In this document: in pieces, positions 7,450 through 14,972 of the stretch
Layout of the letters: each line of letters begins with the position of its first letter
Numbering within the stretch: position 1 is the first letter of the stretch
IMG/VR virus record: IMGVR_UViG_3300010362_000015
Span: 1-64,000 of that record
DNA from: a virus
Taxonomy: Duplodnaviria > Caudoviricetes
Reading direction: 5' to 3' (one strand)
DNA length: 64,000 nt
Program-made: the position numbers and the translations under genes
Notes under the pieces: generated by a model
Seen by the model: the letters and a program-made list of their open reading frames with translations, nothing else
Database searches by the model: none
Told to the model about the DNA's origin: nothing

Positions 7450-7675
7450 TGCGCACGCGCCCGCCGGGCCCGATGTCCTCGGCAGAGGCGCTGGGGGCGC
7501 CCTTGCGTTTGAGCAGGTCCCAGACCTTGTCACGCAGGCCGTTGTAGACCTCGGTGCAGTCCTCGGTCCAGTCGGCGTAGTCGCCCTCGCCCCAAGGGGC
7601 TGCCGCCGCGATAGCGCACATGTCGTTGATGAGCGCCAGCTCAGCGGCGGTGAAGGCGATACGCTTAGTCGGCAT
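7430..7675 (-). CDS. Cassette hypothetical protein
   Basis: MPTKRIAF start; ends ISPQRT at the -35 TGA. Confidence 0.6.
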   Translation of the reverse strand: MPTKRIAFTAAELALINDMCAIAAAAPWGEGDYADWTEDCTEVYNGLRDKVWDLLKRKGAPSASAEDIGPGGRVRISPQRT

Positions 7676-7925
7676 AGGCCTCGTAGTAGCCCAGCTCATG
7701 GAGCTTGTCGCAGGCCGCGGCGCAGGCATGGTAGACCTCGTCGCAAGCCTCGCAGTACAGCTCGTCCTCGTTGCCGGAGGAGATCACGTCCTCGCCGTGC
7801 AGGCCCGCGGGGCACTTGACGCCGAGGAGCAGCTCGGAGGCCTCCAGCAGGCCGTTGAGGAGGTCCTGCCGGTTGTCCAGCAGGGCCTCGATGGTCTTGG
7901 TGTTGATGAATTTGCTGATGTCCAT
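7665..7925 (-). CDS. Cassette hypothetical Cys-rich protein
   Basis: AAGGA SD; C..H..YCEAC motif. Confidence 0.65.
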   Translation of the reverse strand: MDISKFINTKTIEALLDNRQDLLNGLLEASELLLGVKCPAGLHGEDVISSGNEDELYCEACDEVYHACAAACDKLHELGYYEAYAD

Positions 7926-7935
7926 GGTCGTTTCC

Positions 7936-8319
7936 TTAGTCGTAGTAGCCGCAGGCGTAGTCGTAACCGGCGCTGTAGGTGCGGTCCTGCCAGGGATCGA
8001 CGCCCAGCTGGCAATGCATGCAGGTCATGCGCCCGTCGGCCTCCTGGCCGTAGGCGGCGCTGCCGCAGCGCGGGCAATTCTCGGCCTGCCGCTCGGCGGC
8101 GAGCAGTTCCGCGGCCCGCCGCTCGATGGTCTGGAGCCGGATGCCGATTGCGTGGTGGATGTCGCACAGCGCGTTGGCGATCTCGGTATCGTGGACCTCC
8201 TGATGGTTCAGCGTGGCGATCATGCGGATCGAGGCGGAAGCCCGGCGCGTGGGGTTCATGGTGTTCCGGCTGTAGCCCGACGCGGCCAGCTTCTGGATGT
8301 TGAGAAGTGCGTTGTTCAT
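7936..8319 (-). CDS. Cassette Zn-ribbon protein
   Basis: MNNALL start; CPRC..CMHC motif. Confidence 0.7.
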   Translation of the reverse strand: MNNALLNIQKLAASGYSRNTMNPTRRASASIRMIATLNHQEVHDTEIANALCDIHHAIGIRLQTIERRAAELLAAERQAENCPRCGSAAYGQEADGRMTCMHCQLGVDPWQDRTYSAGYDYACGYYD

Positions 8320-8325
8320 GTCCTT

Positions 8326-8371
8326 AGTATGCCGCACATGCATGCATCTGGTCAACTGGCTTGGGGTGAAA
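8326..8371 (-). promoter_or_regulatory. Cassette promoter
   Basis: TTTCACCCC-N7-TTGACC-18 nt (GATGCATGCATG)-CATACT-6 nt-ATG. Confidence 0.85.
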
Positions 8372-8375
8372 CCGT

Positions 8376-8687
8376 TCAGGCGTCTAAGCGCGCCGGGCAA
8401 CTGTCCAGCCGGGCATGCCGCTCACGATAGTAGTCGGGCTTCAGATAGAAGTCGCGGCCAGCCTCGGCGCACAGGCAGTCGCGGCCCTCGGGGTCCATGG
8501 CCAGCGCGTCGGCAGTGATCATCGAGGTCGGGTCGCCGGGCACGCGAATCTTGATGGCGACGTGGTCGCCGAGGATATACGGGTAGCTGATGAATTCCCA
8601 GAAGTCGCCGTTGAGGTCTTTGGCGAGCCGGTGCGGCTTGTGCGTATTTTTCAGGGCGAGCGTTGCGAGCTTTAGATCCAGGTCCAT
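8376..8687 (-). CDS. Cassette hypothetical protein
   Basis: Abuts the upstream stop codon; no family recognised. Confidence 0.65.
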   Translation of the reverse strand: MDLDLKLATLALKNTHKPHRLAKDLNGDFWEFISYPYILGDHVAIKIRVPGDPTSMITADALAMDPEGRDCLCAEAGRDFYLKPDYYRERHARLDSCPARLDA

Positions 8688-8888
8688 CTACTTGCCCTCC
8701 TGCGCCGCGATGTACTGCTTTACCACTCGTCGCGCCTCTTCCATCAAGGCGTCCTCGGGGCATTTCCGCTTGTGGTCGCAATTGGCGAGGTGCGACGCCA
8801 CTAGGTAGTAGAGGACCGCGGCGGTAATCCGCGCCTCCTCGTTGGCCAGGACCTCATCGGCCCTTTCCTTCCAGACGTTCGTCGCCAT
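8688..8888 (-). CDS. Cassette hypothetical protein
   Basis: AGGAGG SD with TAATG coupling. Confidence 0.65.
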   Translation of the reverse strand: MATNVWKERADEVLANEEARITAAVLYYLVASHLANCDHKRKCPEDALMEEARRVVKQYIAAQEGK

Positions 8889-9127
8889 TAGCGGCCTCCT
8901 TTCGCGGCCCGCACTTGGTCGGCGATGTCGCCGGTCGGGGCGATGAACCATACGCCGTGGAACGGCTCGAAGGTGTTGAGCATCGTGGCGCGGCGCCGGG
9001 CGCCCTCGATGGTCTGGTAGCCGAAGGCCTCCGCGGCGTTCGGCGAAACGAAGCCCGCGCCAGCGCGGCCCGTGTAGTAAAGCGTCGCGCCGCTCTTGGT
9101 GCGACCGACGATGGGGAAGAAGTTCAT
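8888..9127 (-). CDS. Cassette hypothetical protein
   Basis: ATG 6 nt after the -10. Confidence 0.7.
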   Translation of the reverse strand: MNFFPIVGRTKSGATLYYTGRAGAGFVSPNAAEAFGYQTIEGARRRATMLNTFEPFHGVWFIAPTGDIADQVRAAKGGR

Positions 9128-9133
9128 GTCTCT

Positions 9134-9179
9134 AGTTTGCCTCGGATGCATGCATCTTGTCAAGTAGTTTGGGGTGAAA
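9134..9179 (-). promoter_or_regulatory. Cassette promoter
   Basis: TTTCACCCC-N7-TTGACA-18 nt (GATGCATGCATC)-CAAACT-6 nt-ATG. Confidence 0.85.
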
Positions 9180-9207
9180 TGGGCCGCCGCGGCGGCCCGG
9201 GCGCAGT

Positions 9208-9579
9208 TCAGCCTGCCCTCTTTTTCACCAGGAACGCGGGCTTCTCGCCGCGGGCCATGCGGTCGGCGGCGGAACGCTTGGCCGACTTGCTGCGGTTTTT
9301 GGAGGTCAGCGATTCCCGTTGCCGGGCGATAGCTTCGGCCACCTGGGGCGGGATCGCGATGCGGATCGCGCCCTCGGCCCCGATGGTTTCGAGAAAGATC
9401 GTGTCGCCCTTGTCCGTCTGCCGGTAGGTCTGCACGATGTAGCTGCGCGCGATGCCGATCAGGGGCATCATGGCGCGGATGGTGGACGGCTTCGACTTGA
9501 CTACGTCGGGCAGCCCTTCGAGCGCCCCGACCAGCCGGTCGAATTCGCTCACAGTGGTAATTGCGTTGTCGTTGCTCAT
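9208..9579 (-). CDS. Cassette hypothetical protein with basic C-terminus
   Basis: GAGG SD; clean ORF. Confidence 0.7.
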   Translation of the reverse strand: MSNDNAITTVSEFDRLVGALEGLPDVVKSKPSTIRAMMPLIGIARSYIVQTYRQTDKGDTIFLETIGAEGAIRIAIPPQVAEAIARQRESLTSKNRSKSAKRSAADRMARGEKPAFLVKKRAG

Positions 9580-9597
9580 TGGTTTACCTCAAACTCG

Positions 9598-9789
9598 TTA
9601 TCGCGGGCCCCGCTTCCTGGCTTCGCGCTCGCGCTTGCGCTCGATCAGCTCGTCGTAGGCCTTTGCCGAGGCCTCCAGCCGCGGCAGGCCCGCGGCCTCC
9701 AGTTCGGCCATGCGGGCCGCATGCCACGCCAGGGCATTCCGCGCGTAGCGCTCGCGCGTCTTGTAGTCGCGGTTGCTGCCGAGGGCCAT
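9598..9789 (-). CDS. Cassette hypothetical protein
   Basis: TAATG coupling. Confidence 0.6.
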   Translation of the reverse strand: MALGSNRDYKTRERYARNALAWHAARMAELEAAGLPRLEASAKAYDELIERKREREARKRGPR

Positions 9790-10097
9790 TAGCGCACCTC
9801 CACGCCGCGCACGAGCGAGGTATAGGAGTTGACGTCCTCGGGCCGCACCGGCTCGACGGTGGCGCGCATGTCGGCGACGCCGGGCCGCGCGGCGATCCAG
9901 CGTTCGGCGCCCGCGCGCGTCTTCCAGTACTTGACCTGCGAGACTTCGTTCTCGGTGTACCAGACGCCGTCCCAGGTGCCCGCGCCGTCGTTCTTCGCGA
10001 CCCAGGCGTTGCGCTCGAACTCGGGGCCGTACTGCCGGGCGATGATCACGCGGATTCGGTAGACCGGCTTGGTTTCGATTACTGCTGTGTTGTTCAT
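9789..10097 (-). CDS. Cassette hypothetical protein
   Basis: Starts MNNTAV, with the first 17 nt identical to the 7398 gene. Confidence 0.7.
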   Translation of the reverse strand: MNNTAVIETKPVYRIRVIIARQYGPEFERNAWVAKNDGAGTWDGVWYTENEVSQVKYWKTRAGAERWIAARPGVADMRATVEPVRPEDVNSYTSLVRGVEVR

Positions 10098-10104
10098 ATT
10101 TCCT

Positions 10105-10149
10105 ATTCTGCCTGATGCATGCATCTGCGTCAAGAGGCTTGGGGTGAAT
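10105..10149 (-). promoter_or_regulatory. Cassette promoter
   Basis: TTCACCCC-N7-TTGACG-17 nt (GATGCATGCATC)-CAGAAT-7 nt-ATG. Confidence 0.85.
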
Positions 10150-10357
10150 TCTTCCAGGCCCAATCGCGCAGCCGGTCGGCGGCGTCGTTGCGGCGCTCGC
10201 CTTCGAGTTGCAGCAGCGTGCTCTCGCCGGGCCGGTTGGGATGCACCAGGACGTCGGCGACGGCGAGCGGCAGATTCTTGCCGCGGTAGCCGAGCGCCCG
10301 CGCGCCGCGGCGCAGGTGCTGGTCGGTGATGTCGCGCTCGGGCCGGGGCCGCCTCAT
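10130..10357 (-). CDS. Cassette hypothetical protein
   Basis: Ends NSPQAS at the -35 TGA. Confidence 0.55.
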   Translation of the reverse strand: MRRPRPERDITDQHLRRGARALGYRGKNLPLAVADVLVHPNRPGESTLLQLEGERRNDAADRLRDWAWKNSPQAS

Positions 10358-10614
10358 ACGTGGGCCGCCACGGCGTCAGCCAGCCTCTTCAGGCCGTCGA
10401 GCACGGTCGCGAGATGCTCCAGCCGCTCGGCGTGCTGGTTGGTCGCCTGGATGAAAGCGCCGGGGCCCTGCGGGTAGTAGTCCCGCGCGTTGGGGCCGTT
10501 CTCGGCGAGTACGCTGATCGCCTCGCGCACGGCGTTCATCGATTTGATGTAGCCGTCCAGCAGGTCACTGGCGGCGGTGCCGTTCAGGTGGATCGAGGGG
10601 GTAATGAGTGCCAT
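10354..10614 (-). CDS. Cassette hypothetical protein
   Basis: PSIHLNGT..PNARDYYPQG..QH.ERL motif, a recurrent small phage ORF type. Confidence 0.7.
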   Translation of the reverse strand: MALITPSIHLNGTAASDLLDGYIKSMNAVREAISVLAENGPNARDYYPQGPGAFIQATNQHAERLEHLATVLDGLKRLADAVAAHV

Positions 10615-10616
10615 GG

Positions 10617-10808
10617 TTAGTTGCCTTTCTCGGCCAGCTCCTCGAAGAGCCGGTCCAGTTCATCGTTCTGACGACGCCGGATGATCCGCTTGGTCGCCCG
10701 CCCGCAGCAGCCGCATTCCCATACCGGGCGCCCTTCGGCGTCCACGGTCGCAGTGTGCCGGGTCTGGCATCCGCAAGCTCCGTTGCACTGGCGTTTCGTC
10801 GTCTTCAT
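10617..10808 (-). CDS. Cassette Zn-finger mini-protein
   Basis: CNGAC..CGCC motif; ATG 7 nt after the -10. Confidence 0.65.
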   Translation of the reverse strand: MKTTKRQCNGACGCQTRHTATVDAEGRPVWECGCCGRATKRIIRRRQNDELDRLFEELAEKGN

Positions 10809-10815
10809 ACTTCCT

Positions 10816-10861
10816 ATTGTGCCGGATGCATGCATCTGCCGTCAACGGGTATGGGGTGAAA
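10816..10861 (-). promoter_or_regulatory. Cassette promoter
   Basis: TTTCACCCC-N7-TTGACG-18 nt (GATGCATGCATC)-CACAAT-7 nt-ATG. Confidence 0.85.
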
Positions 10862-11126
10862 CGCGCTCGCGCCTCGCAAAATACTGCTTGATCATCTCGT
10901 CCTCCGACCGCTCGCGCTCCAGCTCGTTCCAGACCTCGCGCAGCAGGCGCCCGATGCTGCGGCCATAGGGCAGCAGGTCGATGCGGTCCAGCTCGGCCAC
11001 GAGGTCGGGGTCGTCAATGCAGCCCATGACGCCGAGGGCCGAGGCCTTGAAGGCCTCCCAAGTCGTCGGGCCGTTCTTGCGCGCGACCACCATCAGGCGG
11101 AACTTGATGCGCTGGCGGGCGGTCAT
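10842..11126 (-). CDS. Cassette hypothetical protein
   Basis: Ends VSPHTR at the -35 TGA. Confidence 0.65.
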   Translation of the reverse strand: MTARQRIKFRLMVVARKNGPTTWEAFKASALGVMGCIDDPDLVAELDRIDLLPYGRSIGRLLREVWNELERERSEDEMIKQYFARRERVSPHTR

Positions 11127-11127
11127 G

Positions 11128-11319
11128 TTAGCTCACCCTTCCCATCAGCTTCAGGGCCCAGCGGGCGGCCAGCCGTGCGCAGCGACCGGCCTCAGCCGGG
11201 TTGTTGTCGCGAACGTGAAACTCGACCGCGTGGCCCCAGGCGGCAGCCTCGCCGCGGGCGTACTGCGTGTACTCCCGGTCCAGCATGTCTTTGCGCTCGG
11301 ATTTGATCAGCTTCTTCAT
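11128..11319 (-). CDS. Cassette hypothetical protein
   Basis: ATG 7 nt after the -10. Confidence 0.65.
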   Translation of the reverse strand: MKKLIKSERKDMLDREYTQYARGEAAAWGHAVEFHVRDNNPAEAGRCARLAARWALKLMGRVS

Positions 11320-11326
11320 ACTCACT

Positions 11327-11371
11327 ATCCTACCGGATGCATGCATCTGAGTCAATTGGTTTCAGGTGAAA
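11327..11371 (-). promoter_or_regulatory. Cassette promoter
   Basis: TTTCACCTG-N7-TTGACT-17 nt (GATGCATGCATC)-TAGGAT-7 nt-ATG. Confidence 0.85.
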
Positions 11372-11588
11372 TCTTTGCGAGCGCCGCCAGGGCCTCGGTC
11401 TTGGTCTTGAAGCGTCCATACTCGGGGGCCTCGACCCAGCCGCGCACCGGCGAGATCGGATCTTCGGGCCGCACGAGCGACGAGTCCCAGCGGGCGATGC
11501 CCCAGCTGGCTGCGGTGCGCCGCGCGTAGCTGCGCTGGGAGTGGAAGGCCGTGAGGCGGCGGCTGCCGTAGTTGCGGACGGAGAGCAT
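11352..11588 (-). CDS. Cassette hypothetical protein
   Basis: TAATG coupling; ends ISPETN at the -35 TGA. Confidence 0.65.
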   Translation of the reverse strand: MLSVRNYGSRRLTAFHSQRSYARRTAASWGIARWDSSLVRPEDPISPVRGWVEAPEYGRFKTKTEALAALAKISPETN

Positions 11589-11824
11589 TAGCGCACCTCC
11601 GCGGGCGTCATCCAGGCCCGCCGGGTAGCTACGCTCTTCAGCATCTGGCGCACGGTCGAGGCGCTGTGGATGTGGCGGCTGCCGGTGGGATATTCGAGCG
11701 TGACCAGAGAGCCGCCGGTGACCACGGTCGCGACCTCGAAGGCCTCAGTGTTGCGGTTCCAGTATTCAATCTTCATACCGGCCTCGAACTTCCGCGTGTG
11801 CTGAGTGACTGCTTTGTTCATCAT
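11588..11824 (-). CDS. Cassette hypothetical protein (SH3-like beta fold possible)
   Basis: MMNKAVTQ start resembling MNNTAVTQ. Confidence 0.65.
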   Translation of the reverse strand: MMNKAVTQHTRKFEAGMKIEYWNRNTEAFEVATVVTGGSLVTLEYPTGSRHIHSASTVRQMLKSVATRRAWMTPAEVR

Positions 11825-11831
11825 GTCTCTA

Positions 11832-11877
11832 ATCTTATCTGATGCATGCATCTGGAGTCAACGAGCAATGGGTGAAA
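11832..11877 (-). promoter_or_regulatory. Cassette promoter
   Basis: TTTCACCCA-N7-TTGACT-18 nt (GATGCATGCATC)-TAAGAT-7 nt-ATG. Confidence 0.85.
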
Positions 11878-12127
11878 CGCGCCGGGCCTCGCGGCGTTCC
11901 TGCTCCGCGGCCAGCACCTCCTCCTGCCCGTAGATCAGAGCCAGGATGGTGATGCGGCGCTTGTAGTAGAGGCCGAGCCAGCCCTGCGCGGCGACCTTGC
12001 CGTTGCGGTCGTAGAGCCAGCCGCCGTTCATACCGTTGGCGCTGATCTCGACCTTCGCTGCGTACCACTTGGCGAGGCGCACGCGCGCCTCGCTCCAGGG
12101 ATCTTGCCAGCACTTGGGAGTCTTCAC
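11858..12127 (-). CDS. Cassette hypothetical protein
   Basis: Ends VSPIAR at the -35 TGA. Confidence 0.65.
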   Translation of the reverse strand: MKTPKCWQDPWSEARVRLAKWYAAKVEISANGMNGGWLYDRNGKVAAQGWLGLYYKRRITILALIYGQEEVLAAEQERREARRVSPIAR

Positions 12128-12411
12128 TTACTTATCCTCCTTTGCACGCGGTAGCGGGCGACGATCTCGGCCCGGCGGGCGTGATCCTTCAGGGCGTCGG
12201 CCTCAGTGAGGTAGTAAACCCGGCGGCCCCTGGAGTCCTTATCCGGCCCCAGTTCGGCGAACATCCGGGTGCAGTGCAGGCAGCGCCATACCTTGTCATG
12301 CGTGACGCCGATCTCGGTCCCGGTCTTCAGGGCCGTCTTGCATTGCGGGCACTGTGAGTCAAACTTTGCCTTGATGGTTCGGATCTCGGCGGGCTTCATT
12401 GTCGTTTCCAT
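12124..12411 (-). CDS. Cassette Zn-finger protein
   Basis: AKFDSQCPQCK..WRCLHC motif. Confidence 0.7.
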   Translation of the reverse strand: METTMKPAEIRTIKAKFDSQCPQCKTALKTGTEIGVTHDKVWRCLHCTRMFAELGPDKDSRGRRVYYLTEADALKDHARRAEIVARYRVQRRISK

Positions 12412-12417
12412 GTTCTT

Positions 12418-12462
12418 AGTTTGCCAGATGCATGCATCTCACGCAAGGGGGAAGGGGTGAAA
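12418..12462 (-). promoter_or_regulatory. Cassette promoter
   Basis: TTTCACCCC-N7-TTGCGT-17 nt (GATGCATGCATC)-CAAACT-6 nt-ATG; an upstream GGGGTGA forms an inverted repeat with the element. Confidence 0.85.
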
Positions 12463-12465
12463 TGC

Positions 12466-12702
12466 TCACCCCTGTGTCAGCCGCATGTGGCGCCGCGTCA
12501 GCCGCGGATGCCGCCGGAGCCGGTGGCCCTGGCTCATGTTGGTCAGCTGCTCGGCGACGCATGCGACGCGGAACCGCATGGGCGTGTGATGCGCCGCGGT
12601 GGCGTCCAGGGCCGCCGACATCGGCGAGCGCCCGTCGGTTTCGTCGCGGGCGGCCCGGCGCGCAGCGCCCCAGGCCAGATGGAATAATTCTCGTGTCGTC
12701 AT
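12466..12702 (-). CDS. Cassette hypothetical protein
   Basis: AAAGAA SD-like sequence; MTTRELF start. Confidence 0.55.
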   Translation of the reverse strand: MTTRELFHLAWGAARRAARDETDGRSPMSAALDATAAHHTPMRFRVACVAEQLTNMSQGHRLRRHPRLTRRHMRLTQG

Positions 12703-12716
12703 GTTCGTTCTTTCCT

Positions 12717-12980
12717 TTACCCTTTGAGGGCCGCCTCCGCGGCGGCCCGGTTGGTGCGCTTCCACTGCCCGTTCTGCATGAGGTAGAAGGTCGCGCGGAA
12801 GTGTTCCCGCTTGGGCATCGTGCGTGCGGTCACCGGAACCACATAAGCCTGGACGACGCCGTTGTCGGCGCTGCCTCTCTTCCAGCAAGCCTGAAACGTG
12901 CTGCCGTCTTCCCGGGTAACGGTGCGGATCTCCAGGGCCTTCGCGATTGCCGCGTCGATCAGTTGTTCTAACGTGTTCAT
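12717..12980 (-). CDS. Cassette hypothetical protein
   Basis: ATG 6 nt after the -10. Confidence 0.7.
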   Translation of the reverse strand: MNTLEQLIDAAIAKALEIRTVTREDGSTFQACWKRGSADNGVVQAYVVPVTARTMPKREHFRATFYLMQNGQWKRTNRAAAEAALKG

Positions 12981-12986
12981 GACTTA

Positions 12987-13031
12987 AGTATGCCAGATGC
13001 ATGTATCTGGAGCAAGGGGCTTGGGGTGAAA
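12987..13031 (-). promoter_or_regulatory. First cassette promoter of the array
   Basis: TTTCACCCC-N7-TTGCTC-17 nt (GATACATGCATC)-CATACT-6 nt-ATG. Confidence 0.85.
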
Positions 13032-13033
13032 TG

Positions 13034-13062
13034 CAAAAAAAGAGGGGCCCATTGCGGGCCCC
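13034..13062 (-). terminator. Intrinsic terminator insulating the cassette array
   Basis: GGGGCCC-GCAAT-GGGCCCC then TCTTTTTTT, immediately upstream of the first promoter. Confidence 0.8.
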
Positions 13063-13113
13063 GAATTAATGGAGCTGTAAATGAAGCCGCGGGCCGGAAG
13101 GCCCTGGCAGCTG

Positions 13114-13344
13114 TCAGTCTATCGTTGATCGGGGCCGACGGGTGATGCCTTTCGAGCCCCACTGTTCGATACACCACTGGCGGGCCAATTCCCGCACCGT
13201 GCGCCCGCAGCGCGTGCAGAGGATGCGCTGGACGCCGTCCTGCGAGTTCTGCACCACCGGCAGGCCGCAACAAAACGGGACCGCGTGCCCCTCGGGCGTG
13301 GTGCGCAGTTCCTCGAATTCCAGCAGGGCCTCGGCGAGAGTCAC
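13114..13344 (-). CDS. Hypothetical Zn-ribbon protein
   Basis: FCCG..CTRC motif; GTG overlaps the upstream TGA. Confidence 0.55.
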   Translation of the reverse strand: MTLAEALLEFEELRTTPEGHAVPFCCGLPVVQNSQDGVQRILCTRCGRTVRELARQWCIEQWGSKGITRRPRSTID

Positions 13345-13637
13345 AGCGCCTCGATCTCGAAGTGGCCGCCGCCGCGGTGCTCGACCCACGGCCCCCACGG
13401 TCTGCCGCCGATCTCCTCGCGCATGGCCAGCATGACCAGCTTGCCCTCGTCGCGCAGCAGCGTCATGCCGCCCGACCTGTCGATCACAAAGGGCGGCTTG
13501 TCGTCGAACGCCACGGCAATCGAGCGCTGGTTTGCGGAGATGATCAACACAGCGCCGGGCGCCGCCTGCTCCGGCGAGCCGTGCGGGTAAACTCTCACGC
13601 GCTGGCCGGTGATCAATTTAGCCGATGGACCTTGCAT
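13341..13637 (-). CDS. Hypothetical protein
   Basis: GGAGG SD before MQGPSAK. Confidence 0.6.
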   Translation of the reverse strand: MQGPSAKLITGQRVRVYPHGSPEQAAPGAVLIISANQRSIAVAFDDKPPFVIDRSGGMTLLRDEGKLVMLAMREEIGGRPWGPWVEHRGGGHFEIEAL

Positions 13638-13807
13638 GCGCCAATCCTCCGCGCCCACTGCACCAGACTGTCGAGCGGCTGGCCCAGGAACCGGCGCACC
13701 ATCGGGGCCGCGAAGACGATCACGCCCGCATCGTCCACATCCACCTGCACGGTGAACGCGCAGCATGTCACCCAGTACTTCATCCGGCCAGCTTTGGCAG
13801 CCGCCAC
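13613..13807 (-). CDS. Small hypothetical protein
   Basis: V..DDAGVIVFAAPMVRRFLGQP motif. Confidence 0.6.
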   Translation of the reverse strand: MAAAKAGRMKYWVTCCAFTVQVDVDDAGVIVFAAPMVRRFLGQPLDSLVQWARRIGACKVHRLN

Positions 13808-14367
13808 TCCTCACCCAGAGCGGCGCGCAACCAGGGCAGCGCCTGCTCTTCCGATAGTTTCTCACCTCGCCGCCAGAATTCCTGAGCGAGGTAAGGCCGC
13901 TCGGGCCGCACCGCAGACATCAGCGCCACGTTGCCCGGCTCTTCGAGCATGACGGCGCTGGCGACGGCGACGAAGATGTCGGGCCGGTCGGGGATGTGGG
14001 TCGGATCGTAGAGCATCGAGTATTCGGGCGGCACGTTCTGCGGGTCCACATGGATCTCGCGCTTGTAGTGGCGCGCAACGAGGTACGGGCAGATCTGCAG
14101 TGCGAACTGGATGCACTCGTGGTGCCCGGGCAGATCGTAATACGCGCCGTGCTGGTGGTAGGCCGAGAGCGGTCCACCGGCGAACCACTTCCACTTGCCC
14201 AGGCGCTCGCCGCACATCGGGCAGAGCTGCTGCCGGATGGCCCGCCGCCGTTTCTCATCGTCATTGACCGTGAACAGCGGGTCGCCGTTGCGACCGATCA
14301 CCACGTTCCACGGGACCGGCAGGCCGCGGAACCGCGGCAGCGCAGCGATACGTGGCGGCATGGTCAT
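13780..14367 (-). CDS. Zn-binding hypothetical phage protein
   Basis: RGLPVPW..LCPMCGERL..HHEC..ALQICPYL. Confidence 0.7.
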   Translation of the reverse strand: MTMPPRIAALPRFRGLPVPWNVVIGRNGDPLFTVNDDEKRRRAIRQQLCPMCGERLGKWKWFAGGPLSAYHQHGAYYDLPGHHECIQFALQICPYLVARHYKREIHVDPQNVPPEYSMLYDPTHIPDRPDIFVAVASAVMLEEPGNVALMSAVRPERPYLAQEFWRRGEKLSEEQALPWLRAALGEEWRLPKLAG

Positions 14368-14972
14368 AGCTCGGGGATCGACCACTGAACGTGATGAACG
14401 ATCTCTTTGCATGTCTTCAACTCCCGAATCAGCGCCCCTGCGATTTTCATACGCCGGTTCAGGCTGCGCCAATCGGGGCTTCTCCGATACGCCTCATCCT
14501 CCATGCGCGAGTATTCGATGCGAACGCCAGCCATATTGCGTGCAGTCCACTGTTTTGCCCCGCTATACGGACCCATCAATCCCGGCCCGATGATGATGCC
14601 ATGTTGTGGCCGCTCGGCCTGCCAGATGGAGAAGTCCGCGAACACGCGGTCGGCGACCGCGATCAGATGGCCGTTCCACCTGCCGACGGTTGATCCGACC
14701 GGAGGATGACCGAATCCGATCCCGATGCTATAGGAGCCGTCAACGCTGATCCACTTGCGGAGGTCGTAGTCGCCCTCGTCGATATGCATCGCGAACGCGC
14801 GGTTGTAGATCGCCACTTGGCAGGCGACGGGTTGAACCTCGATGCCAAAATATCGCGCGACTTCCATGGCGACGCGCACGCCGAACACGCACAGGTCGCG
14901 CCGCTTCAGGTTCGTTTCAATCGCCGGGCCGATCCGCGGGACGAGCTGCTGGAAGAGTTCCGCGGCGGTCAC
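14364..14972 (-). CDS. Hypothetical protein (transglutaminase-like C/H/D triad possible)
   Basis: DLCV..WNGHLIAV..FADFS spacing. Confidence 0.6.
   Translation of the reverse strand: MTAAELFQQLVPRIGPAIETNLKRRDLCVFGVRVAMEVARYFGIEVQPVACQVAIYNRAFAMHIDEGDYDLRKWISVDGSYSIGIGFGHPPVGSTVGRWNGHLIAVADRVFADFSIWQAERPQHGIIIGPGLMGPYSGAKQWTARNMAGVRIEYSRMEDEAYRRSPDWRSLNRRMKIAGALIRELKTCKEIVHHVQWSIPEL

Noticed and set aside
4893-13031. Regularly recurring repeat read as a CRISPR array
   Set aside because: Intervals are roughly 450-1400 bp and protein-coding, the repeats are degenerate promoter-shaped modules, and no cas genes are present.
4893-13031. Integron-like attC cassette array
   Set aside because: There are no attC-type R/L box hairpins and no tyrosine integron integrase, and each cassette carries its own promoter, unlike typical integron cassettes.
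6787-13031. MerR-type promoters (dyad between -35 and -10)
   Set aside because: Spacers are 17-18 nt rather than the 19-20 nt typical of MerR activation; simple repression fits better.
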